A stretch of DNA of 64,000 bases, taken from NCBI GenBank assembly GCA_964036045.1, contig OZ038378.1:25606001-25670000 (forward strand). Direction: 5' to 3'. Below are positions 50,701 through 63,358 of the stretch, in pieces (position 1 is the first letter of the stretch; each line of letters begins with the position of its first letter). The notes beneath the pieces were generated by a model that searched no databases, was not told the DNA's origin, and saw only the letters and a list, made by a program, of their open reading frames with translations. The translations under genes were made by a program, and so were the position numbers. The DNA comes from Eutreptiella sp. 'Long Island Sound 2002' (lineage: Eukaryota; Protista; Euglenida).

Positions 50701-53672
50701 CCCGCAGGCCCTCCTTGAGCAGCGACCACCGCTTGGGCAGGACTCCCCATCCCCCCAGGCTAGTGTGCCCGGGCCTTGGGGACTACTGACCCCCGCAAGC
50801 CCTCCTTGAGCAGCGACCACCGCTTGGGCAGGACTCCCCGTCCCCCCAGACTGGTGTGCCCGGGCCTTGGGGATCGCTGCCCCCCGTAGGCCCTCCTTGA
50901 GCAGCGACCACCGCTTGGGCAGGAGTCCCCGTCGCCCCAGACTGGTGTGCCCGGGCCTTGGGGAGTGCTGCCCCCCGTAGGCCCTCCTTGAGCACCGACC
51001 ACCAGGACTCTCCGTCCCCCGAGGCCAGTGTGCCCGGGCCTTGGGGACTGCTGCCCCCCGAGGACCCTCCTTGAGCACGGACCACCGCCTGGGCGGGACT
51101 CCCCGTCCCCCCACGCTGGTGTGCCCGGGCCTCGGGGACTGCTGCCCCCCGAGGACCCTCCTTGAGCACCGACCACCGCTTGGGCAGGACTCTCCGTCCC
51201 CCTACGATGGTGTGCCGGGGATTGGGGGACTGCTGCCCCCCGCAGGCCCTTCATGAGCATTGACGACCACCTGGGCGGAACTCGCCTTCCCCTCAGGCTG
51301 GTGTGCCCGGGCCTTGGGGACTGCGGCCCCCCGTAGGCACTCCATGAGCACCGACCACCGCCTGGGCGGGTTTCCCCGTCCCCGTAGGCTGGTGTCCCCA
51401 CGCCTTGGGGACTACTCCCCCCGCAGGCCCTCCTTGAGCACCAACCACCGCTTGGGCGGAACTCGCCTTCCCCTCAGGCTGGTGTGCCCGGGCCTTGGGG
51501 AGTGCTGCCCCCCGTAGGCCCTCCTTGAGCACCGACCACCAGGACTCTCCGTCCCCCGAGGCCAGTGTGCCCGGGCCTTGGGGACTGCTGCCCCTCGAGG
51601 ACCCTCCTTGAGCACGGACCACCGCCTGGGCGGGACTCCCCGTCCCCCCGGGCTGGTGTGCCCGGGCCTCGGGGACTGCTGCCCCCCGAGGACCCTCCTT
51701 GAGCACCGACCACCGCTTGGGCAGGACTCCCCGTCCCCCTACGATGGTGTGCCGGGGATCGGGGGACTGCTGCCCCCCGCAGGCCCTTCATGAGCATTGA
51801 CGACCACCTGGGCGGAACTCGCCTTCCCCTCAGGCTGGTGTGCCCGGGCCTTGGGGACTGCTGCCCCCCGTAGGCACTCCATGAGCACCGACCACCGCCT
51901 GGGCGGGACTCCCCGTCCCCGTAGGCTGGTGTCCCCACGCCTTGGGGACTACTCCCCCCGCAGGCCCTCCTTGAGCACCAACCACCGCTTGGGCGGAACT
52001 CGCCTTCCCCTCAGCCTGGTGTGCCCGGACCTTGGGGACTGTTGCCCCCCGCAAGCCCTCCATGAGCACCGACCACCGCCTGGGCAGGATTCCCCATCCC
52101 CCAAAGCTGGTTTGGCCGGGCCTTGAAGGCGGCTGCCCGACACGGACCCTCCTTGAACACCGACCACCACCTGCCTAGGACAGCCCGTCCCCCCAAGGCC
52201 GGGGTGCGGGGCCTTGGCGATTGCTGCCCCCCACAGGCCCTTCATCAGCACCGACCACCGCCTGGGCGGAACTCGCCTTTCCCTCAGGCTGGTGTGCCCG
52301 GGCCTTGGGGACTGCTGCCTCCCGCGGCCCCTCCTTGAGCACCGACCACCACCTAAGCAGAACTCCCCGTCCACTCAGGCTGGTGTGCCCGGGCCCTGGA
52401 AATTGTTGCCCCTCGCAGACCCACCTTGAACACCGACCACCACCTGGGCAAGACTCCCCATCCCCCCAGGGTTGGTGTGCCCGGGCCTTGGAAAATGCGG
52501 CTCCCCAATGGCCCTCTTTGCGCACGGACCACCGCCTGGGCGGGACTTCCGGTCCCCCCAGGGTTGGTGTGCCCGGGCCTTGGGGTCTGCTGCCCCTCAC
52601 AGGCCCTCCTTGAAAACCTACCAGCACCTGGGCAGGACTCCCCGTCCCCCCAAACGGGTGTGCCCGGGCCTTGGGGGCTGCTGCCCCCCGCAAGCCCTCC
52701 ATGAGCACCAACCACCGCCTGGGCGGAATTCGTCTTCCCTTGAGGCTGTTGTGCCCATGCCTTGGGGATTGCTGCCCCTCGCAGGCCCTCCTTGAACACC
52801 AACCACCACCTGGGCAGGACTGCCCGTCCCCCCAAGGCTGGTGTGCCCGGGCCTTGGGGACTGCTGCCCCCCCCACGGGCCCTCAAAGAGCACCGAGCAC
52901 CGCCTTGGCAGGACTCCCCGTCCCCGCATGCTGGTGTGCCCGAACCTTGGGGAACGCTGCCCCTCGCAGGCCCGCCTTGGACTACGACCACCGCCTGGGC
53001 ACGAGTCCCCGTCCCCCCAAGCTGGTGTGCCCGGGCCTTGGGGAATGCTGCCCCCCTGGGGCCCTCCTAGAGCACCGACCACGGCCTGGGCAGGACTCCC
53101 CGTCCCCACAGGCGGGTGTGCCCGGGCCTTGGGGGCTGCTGCCTCCCGCAGGCACTCCATGAGCACCGACCACCACCTGGGCGGGACTCCCAGTGCCACA
53201 AACGTGGTGTGCCCGGGCCTTGGGGACTGCTGCCCCGTGTGGATCCTCCTTGGGCAACGACCACCGCCTGGGCGGAACTCGCCTTCCCCTCAGGATGGTG
53301 TGCTCGGGCCTTGGGGACTGCTGCCCCCCGGAGGCCCTCCTTGCGCACCCCACCGCCTACGCGGGACTCCCAATCCCCATAGGCTGTTGTGCCCGGGCCC
53401 TGGGGGCTGCTGCCCCTCAAAGGCCCTCCTTGAGCACCAGACACCACCTAGGCAAGACGCCCCCGTCCCCTAAGGCTGCCGTGCCCGGGCCTTGGGGACT
53501 GTTGCCCCCCGCAGGCCCTCCTTGACCACCGACCACCTCCTGGGCAAGACTCCCCGTCCCCCCAAGACTAGTGTGCCCGGGCCCTGCTGCCCCCTGAAGG
53601 CCCTCTTTGCGCACCGACCACCGCCTGGTCAGGACTCCCCGTCCCCCCAAGGAGGGTGTGCCCGAGCCTTGG
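41783..53672. repeat. GC-rich 91-bp tandem satellite (~130 monomers) with higher-order duplications
   Basis: Consensus GTGTGCCCGGGCCTTGGGGACTGCTGCCCCCCGCAGGCCCTCCTTGAGCAGCGACCACCGCTTGGGCAGGACTCCCCGTCCCCCCAGGCTG (91 nt). ORF starts recur every 91 bp (42855, 42946, 43037). Edges are more diverged than the centre. Confidence 0.97.
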
Positions 53673-56075
53673 GCGCTGCCGCCCGCACATGACAGGATTC
53701 TCCCGCCATGCCCACACCGAAGCACTCTGGGGCCCCTGGGGGCATGGCTGCCAGGGTTTATTCCGATCCACACACACGTGGCAGACCGCGGTCGTCTCAG
53801 AGTGGGTCTGGCAGGGGGCCTCGGCCAAGGAGGAATTCCGGAACTCCCAGTCCTATACCCTCCAAGCACACCACGCGCTCAGAGGGGGATGTCCTGCGGT
53901 GCTTACACTAGGGTAATACACCCACCACCCGAGGTGCCCCCACCTCATCGCTACGCTGCAGCGGGTAGTGGATGACGTGGCCATGCCCATGTGGATGCCG
54001 GGCCCCTGCTCAGGAACGCCCCCCATCCTGGTACGGGGCCCCGCGGACCCCGGGCGGGAGCAGCGGCCGCCCCTGTCCCCCAAGTGGAGGTGTACCCAAC
54101 CCAGTACGGCGATGTTGTGCAGGTGATCATCCCGCCGACAATCTACGAAACGGTGCAGGCCCTGGGATACCACCACCTGGGTGACCTGTACACTGAGGTC
54201 CACTGTGTCAAACGGGAGCGTGCCGCGAAGGAACGGGCACCAACCCGCAAGGGTAATCCCAGGCCTTAGGGCGTGGCTCGCCCGCCACGACGCTGCCCAC
54301 GCCAAGGTGGCAAGCTGCACCCAAGGACTGGATCCCGGGCGCCGTGCCCGCGTCCCCGGCGGAAGTGGCCAAGACCACCCGGATGGAAACCGTGTACCAC
54401 GGAGGGTATCCCATCAAGGTGACCACGGCCATGAAGAATACCATGGAGGCCGCGGACTGGGCGCCGGCACTCCGGGTGTGCTGCCAGCCCCGCGGCGCAC
54501 TACAGAACAACACCAGACTACACCGCCTCCCAGTGGCCCTTCTAGGCGTTCAAGTGCAGGTCAACGCGCCCTTGCATGCCAAACTATGGGACGACCGACA
54601 ACACGTGTGCCTGGCCCATGTGCAAAGCGTGGGGGTTTGGGCGCCCACCATCATGTGGATGTCCGCGCCCCCGGCCGACGCCTACTGGCAGTGCCCCAAG
54701 GCACCGCAGGCCCCCCTATCACTGTCCGTGGATAGCCATAGCCACGGCAGCAGTGGCAAAATTCAAGTACCCTGTGGAGTGTGTAGCGCACAAGTGCCCG
54801 GGGCACCCGAACAAGGGGCCCCTCTACTACTCACTCAATACGGCGGGGACAGTACGAGCGGAGCTCTGCCCTGCCCTGCGAACCCACCTCCGGGAGCACC
54901 ATGGAGACCTGGCCCTCGTGGGGCCGCACGGCCGGGCTACCGACCCTCCGCAAGTGATGGCCCCCGAGGTCAAGCCGGGCATTTGGTTCCATGACCTGCC
55001 GGCGCTGGCCACTCTCCGCGGTGCCGTCGCCGCAGTGGATGCCGGAACCACGGAGGCAGGCATGGCAAAGGCAGGAGTCGCCCAGAGCGGACCCGCCGCC
55101 TACCAAGCCCACGTGGCCTCAGGGGTAGGCACCTCCCAGGAAGGGGAGGCCGTGATCCTCCTCTCGTACGTCCGCAAACTGGCGCAACAGCCAGGGGTAT
55201 ATTGGCTGGTGCCGGACTCCGAGGCGGCGGTGGGGGCCCTCCGCACGTACCAGGAGGGGGACCATTGTGGAGATGGCATACATCACCTCTACGCCGCTGT
55301 CCTAAGAGGCAAACGCCTCTCCCTGAAGTCGGCCATGAACGTGGTTACCACGCCGTCGCACTGGATAATGGACCTGAACGTCTGTGTTGATGTAGCGACG
55401 CAGGAGTCGCCACAGTTGGACCTGACATGGCTCCTCCGGCGCCCTTTCTCCTTCATCCCCCCAGTGACCTACCGGGACCAGTGTCAGCTTTCCCTAACGG
55501 CGCTGAGGAACTTGTTGCACGATCGGGCCTCCATTGCGGCGCAGGCCGGCTATGGGGAGTGAACTACATGTCGGGAGGTGGGCTCCCCCTCGACTGGTTC
55601 GATAGTGACTAGCAGCGCCAGATCACGGCGCACCGCATGGACAACATCCCTATGATGACTGCCTTGGCCCACCGGTCCTCCCACCGAGACACGGTGCTGG
55701 ACACAACATGTCTCCTCTGTGGGGTGCAACCCGAGGGGGCACCCCACCTCTGGCCTGCTCGGCCCAGTCCCATGAGTGGTAACCAGTCCGCTGGCGACTC
55801 GCGGAATGGCTCGACCAAAAGGTGGGAACACGGGCGGCCCCGGTGCGCCACCGGCTGTGGGAGCCGGCTGTACTGGAGCAGTGGGCAGCACCCTTGCGGA
55901 CCACCTCTATGCAGTGGGCCCACATGGAGTGCTCACGGCCCCACGCGCTGGGGACAAAGTTCATACATCACGTCATCGAAGAGTCAATACGGGTCTGGTA
56001 CGCCCACGCCAGGGCGCGTGCCACGTTGCTAAAAGCCCACCTAGGCCCAGGCAGCACGATGGGCCCAGGCAGCAC
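53673..56075 (+). mobile_element. Non-LTR retrotransposon copy A (5'- and 3'-truncated): end of RT thumb, linker, RNase H, CCHC
   Basis: Homologous to copy C from HAHT..LWGPW onward. RNase H motifs AVDAG, TSQEGEA, LVPDSEAA and PSHW...LN..VD. TTCLLCGVQPE..PHLW. Several stops and frameshifts. Confidence 0.9.
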
Positions 56076-56196
56076 CACACCACACCACACCACACCACAC
56101 CACACCACACCACACCACACCACACCACACCACACCACACCACACCACACCACACCACACCACACCACACCACACCACACCACACCACACCACACC
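56073..56196. repeat. (CACAC)n tract, ~24 units, junction A/B
   Basis: Directly visible. Preceded by a 14-bp direct repeat GGCCCAGGCAGCAC (56044-56057 and 56062-56075). Confidence 0.95.
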
Positions 56197-57775
56197 TCGA
56201 TCCCGGGCGCCGTGCCCACCTACCAGGCGGACGTGGTCAGCGGAGGCCGAGTGGCCAAAACCACCCAAGTAGTGACCGTGTACCACGGGGACAACCCCTC
56301 CGGGTGACCGCGGCCATGCAGGATACCATGGAGGCGCCAAACTAGGTGCCAGAACTCAGGGTGTGCCACCAGCCCCCAGACACGCCACCAAGCGCACCAG
56401 GCTACACCGCCTCTTGCTGGCCCTCCTGGGTATTCAAGTGCAGGTGAACGCGCCCCTGCATGCCCAGCTACGGAAAGATCACCACCATGTGTCCCTCGCC
56501 CGGCTTCAGCGCACCGGGGTCTGGGCGCCCACCATCGTGTGGATGAACGACCGCCGACCGACGCCTACTAGCAGTGGGCCCAAACGTCGCGGCCCCCTCT
56601 AGTCACCGTCACCGCCGCGCTGCCGCCGTTTCCGTGAAAAGCCATAGCCCCAGCGGCCGTGGCGAGTTTCAAGTACCCAGCGGAGTGTGTGACACACAAA
56701 TGCCCGGGGCACCCGAGCAAAGGGCCCCTTTATTACTCCCTCGATACGGTGGGAGCGGTGCCAGCGGAGCTCAACCCAGCCCTGCACACCCATCTCAGGA
56801 AGCACCGGCCCTCCTGGCGCCGCACGGCCGGGCTACCGACCCCCCGAATGTGCTGGCCCCCGAGGTTCAGCCAGGCATCTGGTTCCATGATCTGCCTGCG
56901 CTGACTACCCTCCGCGGTACAGTCGCTGCGGTGGATGCGGGGGCCATGCGGGCGGGCATGCCAATGGCCGGAGTCGCCAAGAGCGGGCCTGCGGCTTACC
57001 AGGCCCACGTGGCCTCGGGTGTGGGCACCTCCCAGGAAGGGGAGGCTATGATCCTCCTCTCGTACATCCGAAGGCTGGCACAGCAGCGAGGGGTATATGG
57101 GCTGGTGCCGGACGCGGAAGCGGCAGTGGGGGCCCTTTGCACGTACCAAGAGGGGGGCCACTGTGGAGATGGCATCCACCACCTCTACGCAACAGTCCTT
57201 GGGGGAGAGCGCCTCTCCCCGGAGTCCGCTATCAACGTGGTTACCACGGCGTCGCACTGGATAACGGACCTCAACGTCCGTGTGGATGCGGCGATGCAGG
57301 AGCTGCCGGAGGTGGACCTAACATGGCTCCTCCGGTGCCCTTACTCCTTTCTCCCCCCGGTGCCCTACCGCGACTAGTGTCGGTTCTCCCCGACGGCGCT
57401 GGGGGACTGGTTGCAAGATCGGGCCGCAATACCGGTGCGGGCCGGCTATGAAGGCCGGTGGGGGGTGAACTACATGTTGGGAGGAGGTCTCCCCCTTGAC
57501 TGGTTCGATAATGATAAGCAGCGCCACATCACAGCGCACCGTATGGACAACCTCCCAACGATGACGGTCCTGGCCCACCGGTCCTCCCACCAGGACACGG
57601 TGCTGGATACCACGTGCCTCCTCTGTGGAGCGCAGCCCGAAACGGCGCCCCACCTTTGGGGCTGCTCGGCACAGTCCCATGAGTGGGGGCCGGCCCGCCG
57701 GCGGCTCGCGGCGTGGCTCGACCAGAAGGTGGGGACGCGGGTGGCCCCGGTGCGCCACCAGCTGTGGGAGCCGGC

Positions 57776-58647
57776 CACGGGGGCTGGCGCCAGCCAATGT
57801 GTGACCCCGAGGGGTGTTCGACAGTTTGGGGGGCTGTAGGGGGGGGGGGGACCCCCACCCCCCTCCGAAGGGGGGGGGGGACCCCACCCCCCCCTTCGTT
57901 GAGCCCAACCCAGCACCTTTTCCGGCAGGCCCCGTCCAAGCGCGCAAACACACAAAGCTAACAAGATGCACGGTGAATGGTGATTGTCTCGGGGAGCCCC
58001 ACCGCATCAGAGCGGGGGACTAAATCAGAAGTGGCTACTTAACCCCTGCCATCTCGGGGAGCCCCTCCACACCAGAGCGGGGGACTAAATCAGAAGTGGC
58101 TACTTAACCCCTGCCGTCTAGGGGAGCCCCTCCACTTCAGAGCGGGGGACAAAATCAGAAGTGGCTACTTAACCCCTGCCGTCTCGGGGAGCCCCTCCGC
58201 CTCAGAGCGGGGGGCAAAATCAGAAGCGGCCCACAAGTGGGCAACGTGGCTACTTAACCCCTGCCGTCTCGGGGAGCCCCACCGCATCAAAGCGGGGGAC
58301 TAAATCAGAAGGGGCTACTTAACCCCTGCCGTCTCGGGGAGCCCCTCCGCCTCAGAGCGGGGGGCAGAATCAGAAGTGGCCCAGAAGTGGGCAAGGTGGC
58401 TACATAACCTTTTTGTGCTTTTCAGCCATTTTTGAATTCTCCACAAATTCTGAGTATTTTGAGTATAGACACATGGGGTGGAACAAAAAAATTCCCCCCC
58501 GCCGTATGCCTAAAACAAAATCTGCGGCGCCTCCGGCGCCGACAAAGCACACTGTTCCGTGCGACAATTTTGGGGTCCGTAGAGGGGGGGGGGGGTGCCC
58601 CCCCCCCCCCCTTTGGGGTCGGGTCCCGGCCAGGGCCGGCCCCCGTG
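57776..58647. mobile_element. Non-autonomous hAT-like element (872 bp) nested in copy B
   Basis: 13-bp TIR CACGGGGGC(T/C)GGC. 8-bp TSD GAGCCGGC at 57768-57775 and 58648-58655. Removing the element restores the retroelement reading LWEPAVLEQW. Confidence 0.9.
57989..58410. repeat. 65-bp tandem repeat (~6 units, one 85-bp variant) inside the nested MITE
   Basis: AGAGCGGGGGACTAAATCAGAAGTGGCTACTTAACCCCTGCCGTCTCGGGGAGCCCC... starts at 58009, 58074, 58139, 58204, 58289 and 58354. Confidence 0.9.
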
Positions 58648-59093
58648 GAGCCGGCAGTGCTGGAGCAGTGGGCAGCAGCCCTGCGGACCCCCTCTATGCA
58701 GCGGGCCCACCTGGAGTGCACAATGTCCGACGCGCTGGGCACCGAGTTCATACGCCACGTCATCGAGGAGTCAATACGGGTCTGGTACGCTCACGCCAAG
58801 GCGCGTGCCACGTTGCTGAAGGCCCGCCTAGGCCCGGGCAGCACGATGGCGTGGGCACTGCAGGAGCTGCGCCCGCACCAGCAAGCGGAGCGAGAGGGAG
58901 TACAGCGGGAGCTCGTAGAGTGAGGACGGTCGCCAAGGGGGTGCCGACAAGGTCTTCCCGACTCCCCCTCTCTCCGCCAGGACCTACACACTTACACACG
59001 GCGCGCACACAACACACACAGACAGCCCCGCCCGTTTACCTGTACCCACGGGTAGACATCCCGGCCATTGCCTTCTGGTAACAGCGCCTTCGG

Positions 59094-59159
59094 CACACCA
59101 CACCACACCACACCACACCACACCACACCACACCACACCACACCAAACCGCACCACACC
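59094..59159. repeat. (CACAC)n tail of copy B, ~13 units, junction B/C
   Basis: Directly visible. Confidence 0.95.
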
Positions 59160-62100
59160 GGACATGCTAGGCACCTCGGTCACGGCGGGTCCTGCCCTCA
59201 AAAGGAGCCTTGTGGCCCTGGGGGAGGCCCAGCGCCAACAAAACCTCCGGGAGATTAAGCGCAGGGCCCTCCGGCGCTCGCAAGACACCCAGAACCTCAA
59301 GCGCGGCCCGGAGTAGTGGAGGGAGATCCAACGGCGCAGCCGCGGCCCCCCGCGGGATGTCTCTGAGATCCCGCTGGACAGTAAGGCGCTCCTCAACCCT
59401 AGGGAGACGTTGTCCGCCCTGTACTTGAGCCACCAACGGCTCCGGGGCCATAGCTACCGGATACGGGACGACCCTGACCGGTGGGCCCACTTCCAGCGGT
59501 ACCTGGGGCTCTTGCCGCAACATGCCCTGCCGGCCCGCGGCGACTATGTCCAACCTCGCCACCTGTGGGATGTGCAGTCAGGCAAGGCCCGAGGCCCCGA
59601 CCTCCGCCTAACCGAGGCGGACGTCTGCAGCGACATCACATGGTACCGGCACTTGCCGGAGGCGGACCAGGGGACCCTCTGCGCCGTGGTGCGTAGCCCC
59701 CCAGTCAGCCGCACGGTGGGCAGGCGGGGCCGGGTAACCCTGCTCCTCAAAAACCCGGACCAACCTGTCCGGGAGGCAAACCTCCGGGGGATAACTATCT
59801 CCTCCCACGTATCAAAGCTGGAGCCCACAGCTTTCTACGCCGTTGCGACGGCCATCTATGAGCGGGCCCTGGGAGGCCCCTGCCTCGTAGGAGGCATGCG
59901 AGGAGTGACCCTCCAGGAGGTGGTGCGCACGGTGCACATGAAGCTGGACCAGGCCCGCCTCCAGCGCCGAGTGGTGGACGTCCTGATCACGGATCTTGCG
60001 AAGTATTTCGACGTGATCGCCCAGGACATCCACCCGATAGTGGGGGCCTGGGTAGGCCTAGGGGAGGCGGACCACCTCGCCACCCACACCGAGGGTTTCT
60101 CGTACACCCTGCCCCTGGGCCCATGGCAGTCCAGCACCCTGGCACAACTCCTGGGAACTCCCCAGGGCACGATCCAGGGAGTCCATGCGGGGGCTACGGT
60201 GGCGCTCCCTTTCCTGCGCTTCATGGACATCGCGTACAGGACTCATACGGTGGAGCCGTTCCGCTTCCCAGGGCTTTTGTGGGTGGACGACACTATCGTC
60301 ATCCTGGAGCGGGGCGACTCCCGCCCCATACATGGGGTCCTACTGGATCAGCGGACCTACTATCAGGGAATCCTGCGGGTGGATGTCCCTAACCGCAAGA
60401 TCCACCATGGGTCGACGTCCGACCCGCACCCCCTGCGGTCCCACGCCGGCGGCGGTGGCCCGCCATCTGGGCCGCACGTGGGTAACGGACACCCCGGACC
60501 ATCGCCGGGGCCCCGGAGATACAGCCCTCCAACGTCCTGCGATACATGGGGACTGACATATATCTCCAGGGGGCGCCCATAGCCCCCCGCAACCTGCCGG
60601 AGATCCGGGCGGCCGTCTGGAAGCAGCTCCGCCCCCAGCGGCTCTCCCCGGACGCAGCCATGATGGTCCTCATGGCCAAACTCCCGAGCAAACTGCTCTC
60701 CCTGGCCAGTGTGTACCGCCCCACGGCCCGGGTGCACACTGCCAATGACGCCCTCATGTTCAGGGCGTATAAGCATGTGACAGGCATCTCCCGCCACGCC
60801 CACACGGACCCACTCTGGGGGCCATGGGAGCATGGTTGCCAGGATCTGACCCGGTCGGAACACTCGTGGCAGGCCGCGGTGGTCAGAGAGTGGGTCCGGC
60901 AGGGCGCCTGGGCCAAAAAGGAATTCCGGGACTCCCAGGCCCACTCCCTTCAGACGCACCAGGCGCTAAGGGGGGGGTGCCCGGCAGTGCTTACTCCGGG
61001 GCAGTACACCCACCACCCGAAATGCCCTCACCTCATAGCCACGCTGCAGAAAGTCGTGGACGAGGTGGCCATGCCCATGTGGATGCCGGGCCCCTGCTCG
61101 GGGACAACCCCGATCTTGGTACGAGGCCCCGGGGGACCCCGGGCAAGGGCGGTGGCGGCCCCTGCCCCCCGGGTGGAAGTGTACCCGACCCCGTATGGCG
61201 ACGTCGTGCAGGTGATCATCCCCCCGGTCATCTACGATACGGTGCAGGCCCTCGGGTACCACCACCTGGGCGACCTCTACATGGAGAACCACCACGTGCT
61301 GCGGGAGTGCGCCCTGAAGGAGCGGACGCCGGCCCGCAAGGGAATCCCGGGACTGCGGGCATGGCTGGCCCGTCACGCGGCCGTCCTGGTCTCCCTGCTG
61401 AGGGAGCCCCCGCCGCGATTGCAGGCAGCGCCCAAAGACTGGATCCCGGCCGCCGTACCCGCCTACCAGGCGGAAGTGATCATCGGCGGCCGGGCGGCCA
61501 AAACCACCCGCATGGCGACTGTGTACCACAGAGCCCCTCCGGGTTACCGCGGCCATGCAGGATACCATGGAGGTGGAGGACTGGGTCCCTGAACTGAGGG
61601 TGTGCCGCCAGCCCCCGGGCACGCTGCCCAGTGACACCAGGCTACACCTCCTCCTAGTGGCCCTCGTGGGTATCCAGGTGAAGGTGGACGCGCCCCTGCA
61701 TGCCCGGCTGTGGAGCGACCACCACCATCAGTCCCTGGCCCAGCTGCAGCTCACCGGGGTCTGGGCGCCCACCATCGTGTGGCTGGCCGCCCCCCCGACA
61801 GACACCTACTGGCGATGGGCCAAGACGTCGCGAGCCCCTCTCGTAACGGTCACCGCGGCGCTGCCGCCTCTCCCGTGGATAGCCATAGCCCCAGCGGCCG
61901 TGGCTCTTTTCAAATACCCGGTGGAGTGTGTGGCGCATAAGTGCCCGGGGCACCCGAGTACGGGCCCCCTCTATTACTCCCTCGATACAGTGGGCACGGT
62001 GCCGGCTTTGGCTACCCTCCGCGGAACTGTCGTGGCAGTGGACGCGGGGGCAACGCGAGGGGCTATGGCGATGGCCGGAGTTGCCCAGAGCGGGCCCACG

Positions 62101-63317
62101 ACCTACCAGGCCCGGGTGACCTCGGGAGTGGGCACCTCCCAGGACGGGGAGGCAATGATCCTTCTCTCATATGTCCGCGGGCTGACGCAACAGCCGGGAG
62201 TCTACAGGTTGGTGCCGGACTCGGAAGCGGCGGTGGGAGCCCTCCGCACGTACCACGAGGGGGGCCACTGCAGGGATGGTATCCACCACCTCTACGCGAC
62301 CGTCCTGGGGGGACAGCGCCTCTCCCCGGGGTCCGCTCAATGTGGTGACCATGCCGTCGCCTTGGATCACGGACCTCAACGTCCGTGTGGACGCGGCGAC
62401 GCAGGAGCAGCCGGAGGTGGACTTAACGTGGCTCCTCAGGCGCCCTTACTCGTTCCTCCCCCCGGTGCCCTACGGCGACCAGTGTCAGCTCTCCCCAACG
62501 GCGCTGAGCGCCTGGTTGCAGGAACGGGCCGCGATTCCGGCGCAGGCCGGCTATGAGGCCCGATGGGGGGTGAACTATATGCCGGGAGGAGGGCTCCCCC
62601 TAGACTGGTTGGACAAGGACCAGCAGCGCCACATCACGGCGCACCGTATGGACAACATCCCTACGATGGCGGACTTGGCCCACCGGTCCTCCCACCGGAA
62701 CACGGTGCTGGACACGACCTGCCTCCTCTGTGGGGCGCAGCCGGAGACGGCGCCTCACCTATGGGCCTGCTCAGCCCAGGCCCATGAGTGGGGGCCGGCC
62801 CGCCGGCGGCTCGCGGGGTGGCTCCACCGGAAGGTGGGCGGGCGGGCGGCCCCAGTGCGCCACCAGCTGTGGGAACCGGCGGCCCTAGAGCAGTGGGCGG
62901 CAGCCCTGCGGACCCCCTCTATGCAGCGGGCCCACCTGGAGTGCGCGGGGCCCAACGCGCTGGGCACCGAGTTTATCCGCCACGTTGTGGAGGAGTCCAT
63001 CAGGGTCTGGTACGCTCACGCGAAGGAGCACGCCACATTGCTAAAGGCCCGCTTGGGCCTGGGCAGCACAATGGCGTGGGCGTTGCAGGAGCTGCGCCTG
63101 CACCAACAGGCGGAAAGAGAGGGGGGGCAGCGGGAGCTCCTGGGATAACGATGGCCGCCACGGCGGTGCCCGCCAGGTTTTTCCAGCCTCCCCCACTCTC
63201 CGCCCAAGAACCACATACCCACACACAGCGTGCACGCAACACACACAGCCCAGCCCGTTTACCTTTGCCCTTGGGTAGACATCCCGGCCTTTTGCCATTT
63301 GGTAACAGCGCCTTCGG
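59160..63317 (+). mobile_element. Non-LTR retrotransposon copy C (longest; 5'-truncated before RT): RT, thumb, long linker, RNase H, CCHC, 3' UTR
   Basis: KARGPD, GRVTLLLKNPD...NLRGITISSHVSKL, TDLAKYFD, GTPQG (~60154), WVDD (60280-60291), RNase H ~62020-62410, CLLCGAQPETAPHLWAC (C-x2-C-x8-H-x3-C, ~62719), stop 63146-63148. Frameshifts near 60560, 61540 and 62340; ~140-nt deletion near 62000 relative to copies A, B and D. No endonuclease within the retained part. Confidence 0.93.
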
Positions 63318-63358
63318 CACACCACACCACACCACACCACACCACACCACACCACACC
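63318..63358. repeat. (CACAC)n tail of copy C, ~8 units, junction C/D
   Basis: Directly visible; same preceding GGTAACAGCGCCTTCGG as copy B. Confidence 0.95.

Larger units (their letters stand above)
56197..59093 (+). mobile_element. Non-LTR retrotransposon copy B (5'-truncated, 3' end intact), interrupted by a MITE
   Basis: Starts at a position homologous to ~61440 in copy C. RNase H and CCHC motifs present. ORF stop at 58921-58923. 3' UTR ends GGTAACAGCGCCTTCGG followed by (CACAC)n. Confidence 0.9.

Noticed and set aside
41783-53672. CRISPR array or hammerhead-ribozyme satellite
   Set aside because: No unique spacers and no cas genes. The hammerhead core (CTGANGA plus GAAA) is absent from the consensus on both strands.
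41640-53720. Dozens of Pro/Gly/Arg-rich ORFs up to 444 aa
   Set aside because: Produced by a 91-bp (non-triplet) GC-rich repeat with few stop codons; frames rotate each monomer and there is no protein-like conservation.
57989-58410. CRISPR-like repeat-spacer array
   Set aside because: The intervening sequences are near-identical, so it is a 65-bp tandem repeat inside a MITE.
58445-58480. TTCTGAGTATTTTGAGTATAGACAC as an SL-RNA derivative
   Set aside because: Shares TTCTGAGT and a TAGACAC complement with the SL, but alignment needs large gaps and cannot be supported without the species' SL-RNA sequence.
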